A DNA stretch of 64,000 bases, taken from positions 303-64,302 of the forward strand of contig CAYXWV010000011.1 in the NCBI GenBank assembly GCA_964468875.1. The letters run 5' to 3'. The translations under genes and the position numbers were made by a program. Under the pieces are notes generated by a model. That model was not told the DNA's origin, did not search any database, and worked only from the letters and a program-made list of their open reading frames with translations. Positions 63,546 to 64,000 of the stretch are shown here, piece by piece; positions within the stretch are counted from its first letter, which is position 1; each line of letters starts with the position of its first letter. Source of the DNA: an uncultured Anaerolinea sp. GTDB lineage: Bacteria > Chloroflexota > Anaerolineae > Anaerolineales > Anaerolineaceae.

Positions 63546-64000
63546 TTATTTCTTCTTCTTGAACCCTTGCAGCACCAAACCCAGACCGATAAACCCGAAA
63601 CCAAAATTCATCATTAGTTTTGAGGTTCGGGTGAACCCGTTGTTGGTTATGTCGGCACCTGTTACAGGAATCAACAGGTTTTGATTTCCGCCAGTCACCG
63701 GGATGGGCAACGTTGGAACCACGGTGGGAGTCGGCGCGTTTGTTGCAGTGTTGGTAGGCGTAAATGTAGCAGTAGGTGTAAATGTATTCGTCGGCGTGTT
63801 TGTAATGGTTGGCGTATTCGTAATCGTAGGCGTGTTCGTAATGGTCGGCGTGTTGGTTACAGTCGGTGTAGGTGTATTGGTTGCCGTATTTGTTGGCGTA
63901 GGCGTGAAATATGTTCCAGTCGGTGTAGGTGTGGTTGGTGTATTGGTAGGTGTAGGTGTGGTCGGAGTGTTACTCGGAGTAGGTGTGGTCGGAGTGTTGC
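63546..64000 (-). CDS. Cell-surface protein, C-terminal fragment with Thr/Pro-rich linker and sortase sorting signal (not in ORF track; 5' end outside window)
   Basis: Hand translation of the minus strand gives ...[103 protein letters not shown]. This contains an LPxTG-like motif, a hydrophobic segment and a Lys tail. Confidence 0.7.
   Translation of the reverse strand, partial: NTPTTPTPSNTPTTPTPTNTPTTPTPTGTYFTPTPTNTATNTPTPTVTNTPTITNTPTITNTPTITNTPTNTFTPTATFTPTNTATNAPTPTVVPTLPIPVTGGNQNLLIPVTGADITNNGFTRTSKLMMNFGFGFIGLGLVLQGFKKKK
63700..64000 (-). repeat. Imperfect tandem coding repeats (about 18-nt units) encoding T-N-T-P-T-I/T-P-T-P-T
   Basis: Units such as GGCGTGTTCGTAATGGTC, GGCGTATTCGTAATCGTA and GGTGTAGGTGTGGTCGGAGTGTT recur in frame. 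Confidence 0.6.

Noticed and set aside
63700-64000. Regularly spaced short repeats that might suggest a CRISPR or VNTR array
   Set aside because: The repeats are in frame and encode a Thr/Pro/Asn linker of a surface protein. There is no repeat-spacer architecture.

Overview
This is a bacterial chromosomal window, read by eye with no database searches. Bases 1-35.6 kb hold a monoderm-type (Bacillus/spirochaete-style) flagellar supercluster arranged as two convergent operon blocks. The plus block runs flbD-motAB-fliLMNOPQ-(HDOD+REC)-fliR-flhBAF-fliA-rod genes-flgMN-flgKL-csrA. The minus block runs fliC / fliD-flaG / fliS / flgC-fliEFGHIJ-SLT hydrolase-flgB-fliK-flgD-flgE-(FliK-like + FlhB-C-like)-PilZ. 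No flgH, flgI, flgA, fliW, flhG or che genes are seen in the window. Four sigma-28-type promoters share one motif, and the fliC leader carries CsrA-type GGA hairpins. A roughly 30-32% GC three-gene glycosyltransferase/methyltransferase island (35.8-40.2 kb) sits upstream of fliC. From 40.4 kb the sequence becomes GC-richer core DNA: CPBP protease, glpD, proC, M1 peptidase, dus, tRNA-Arg(CCG), mreB, atpAGDC, ruvA, trmH-like, ruvC, yebC, and a sortase with a Thr/Pro-rich substrate. The most interesting item is a tightly coupled four-gene cassette at 44.1-48.0 kb. It encodes a RecA-fold pseudo-ATPase, a 136-aa unknown protein, a Pol-epsilon-like family B DNA polymerase and an SRAP/YedK abasic-site peptidase. 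It lies behind a consensus promoter whose spacer holds a perfect GAAC-N4-GTTC (LexA/Cheo-type) box, and the first gene appears leaderless. This looks like an uncharacterised SOS damage-tolerance module analogous to imuA-imuB-dnaE2. All product calls rest on motif recognition and synteny.
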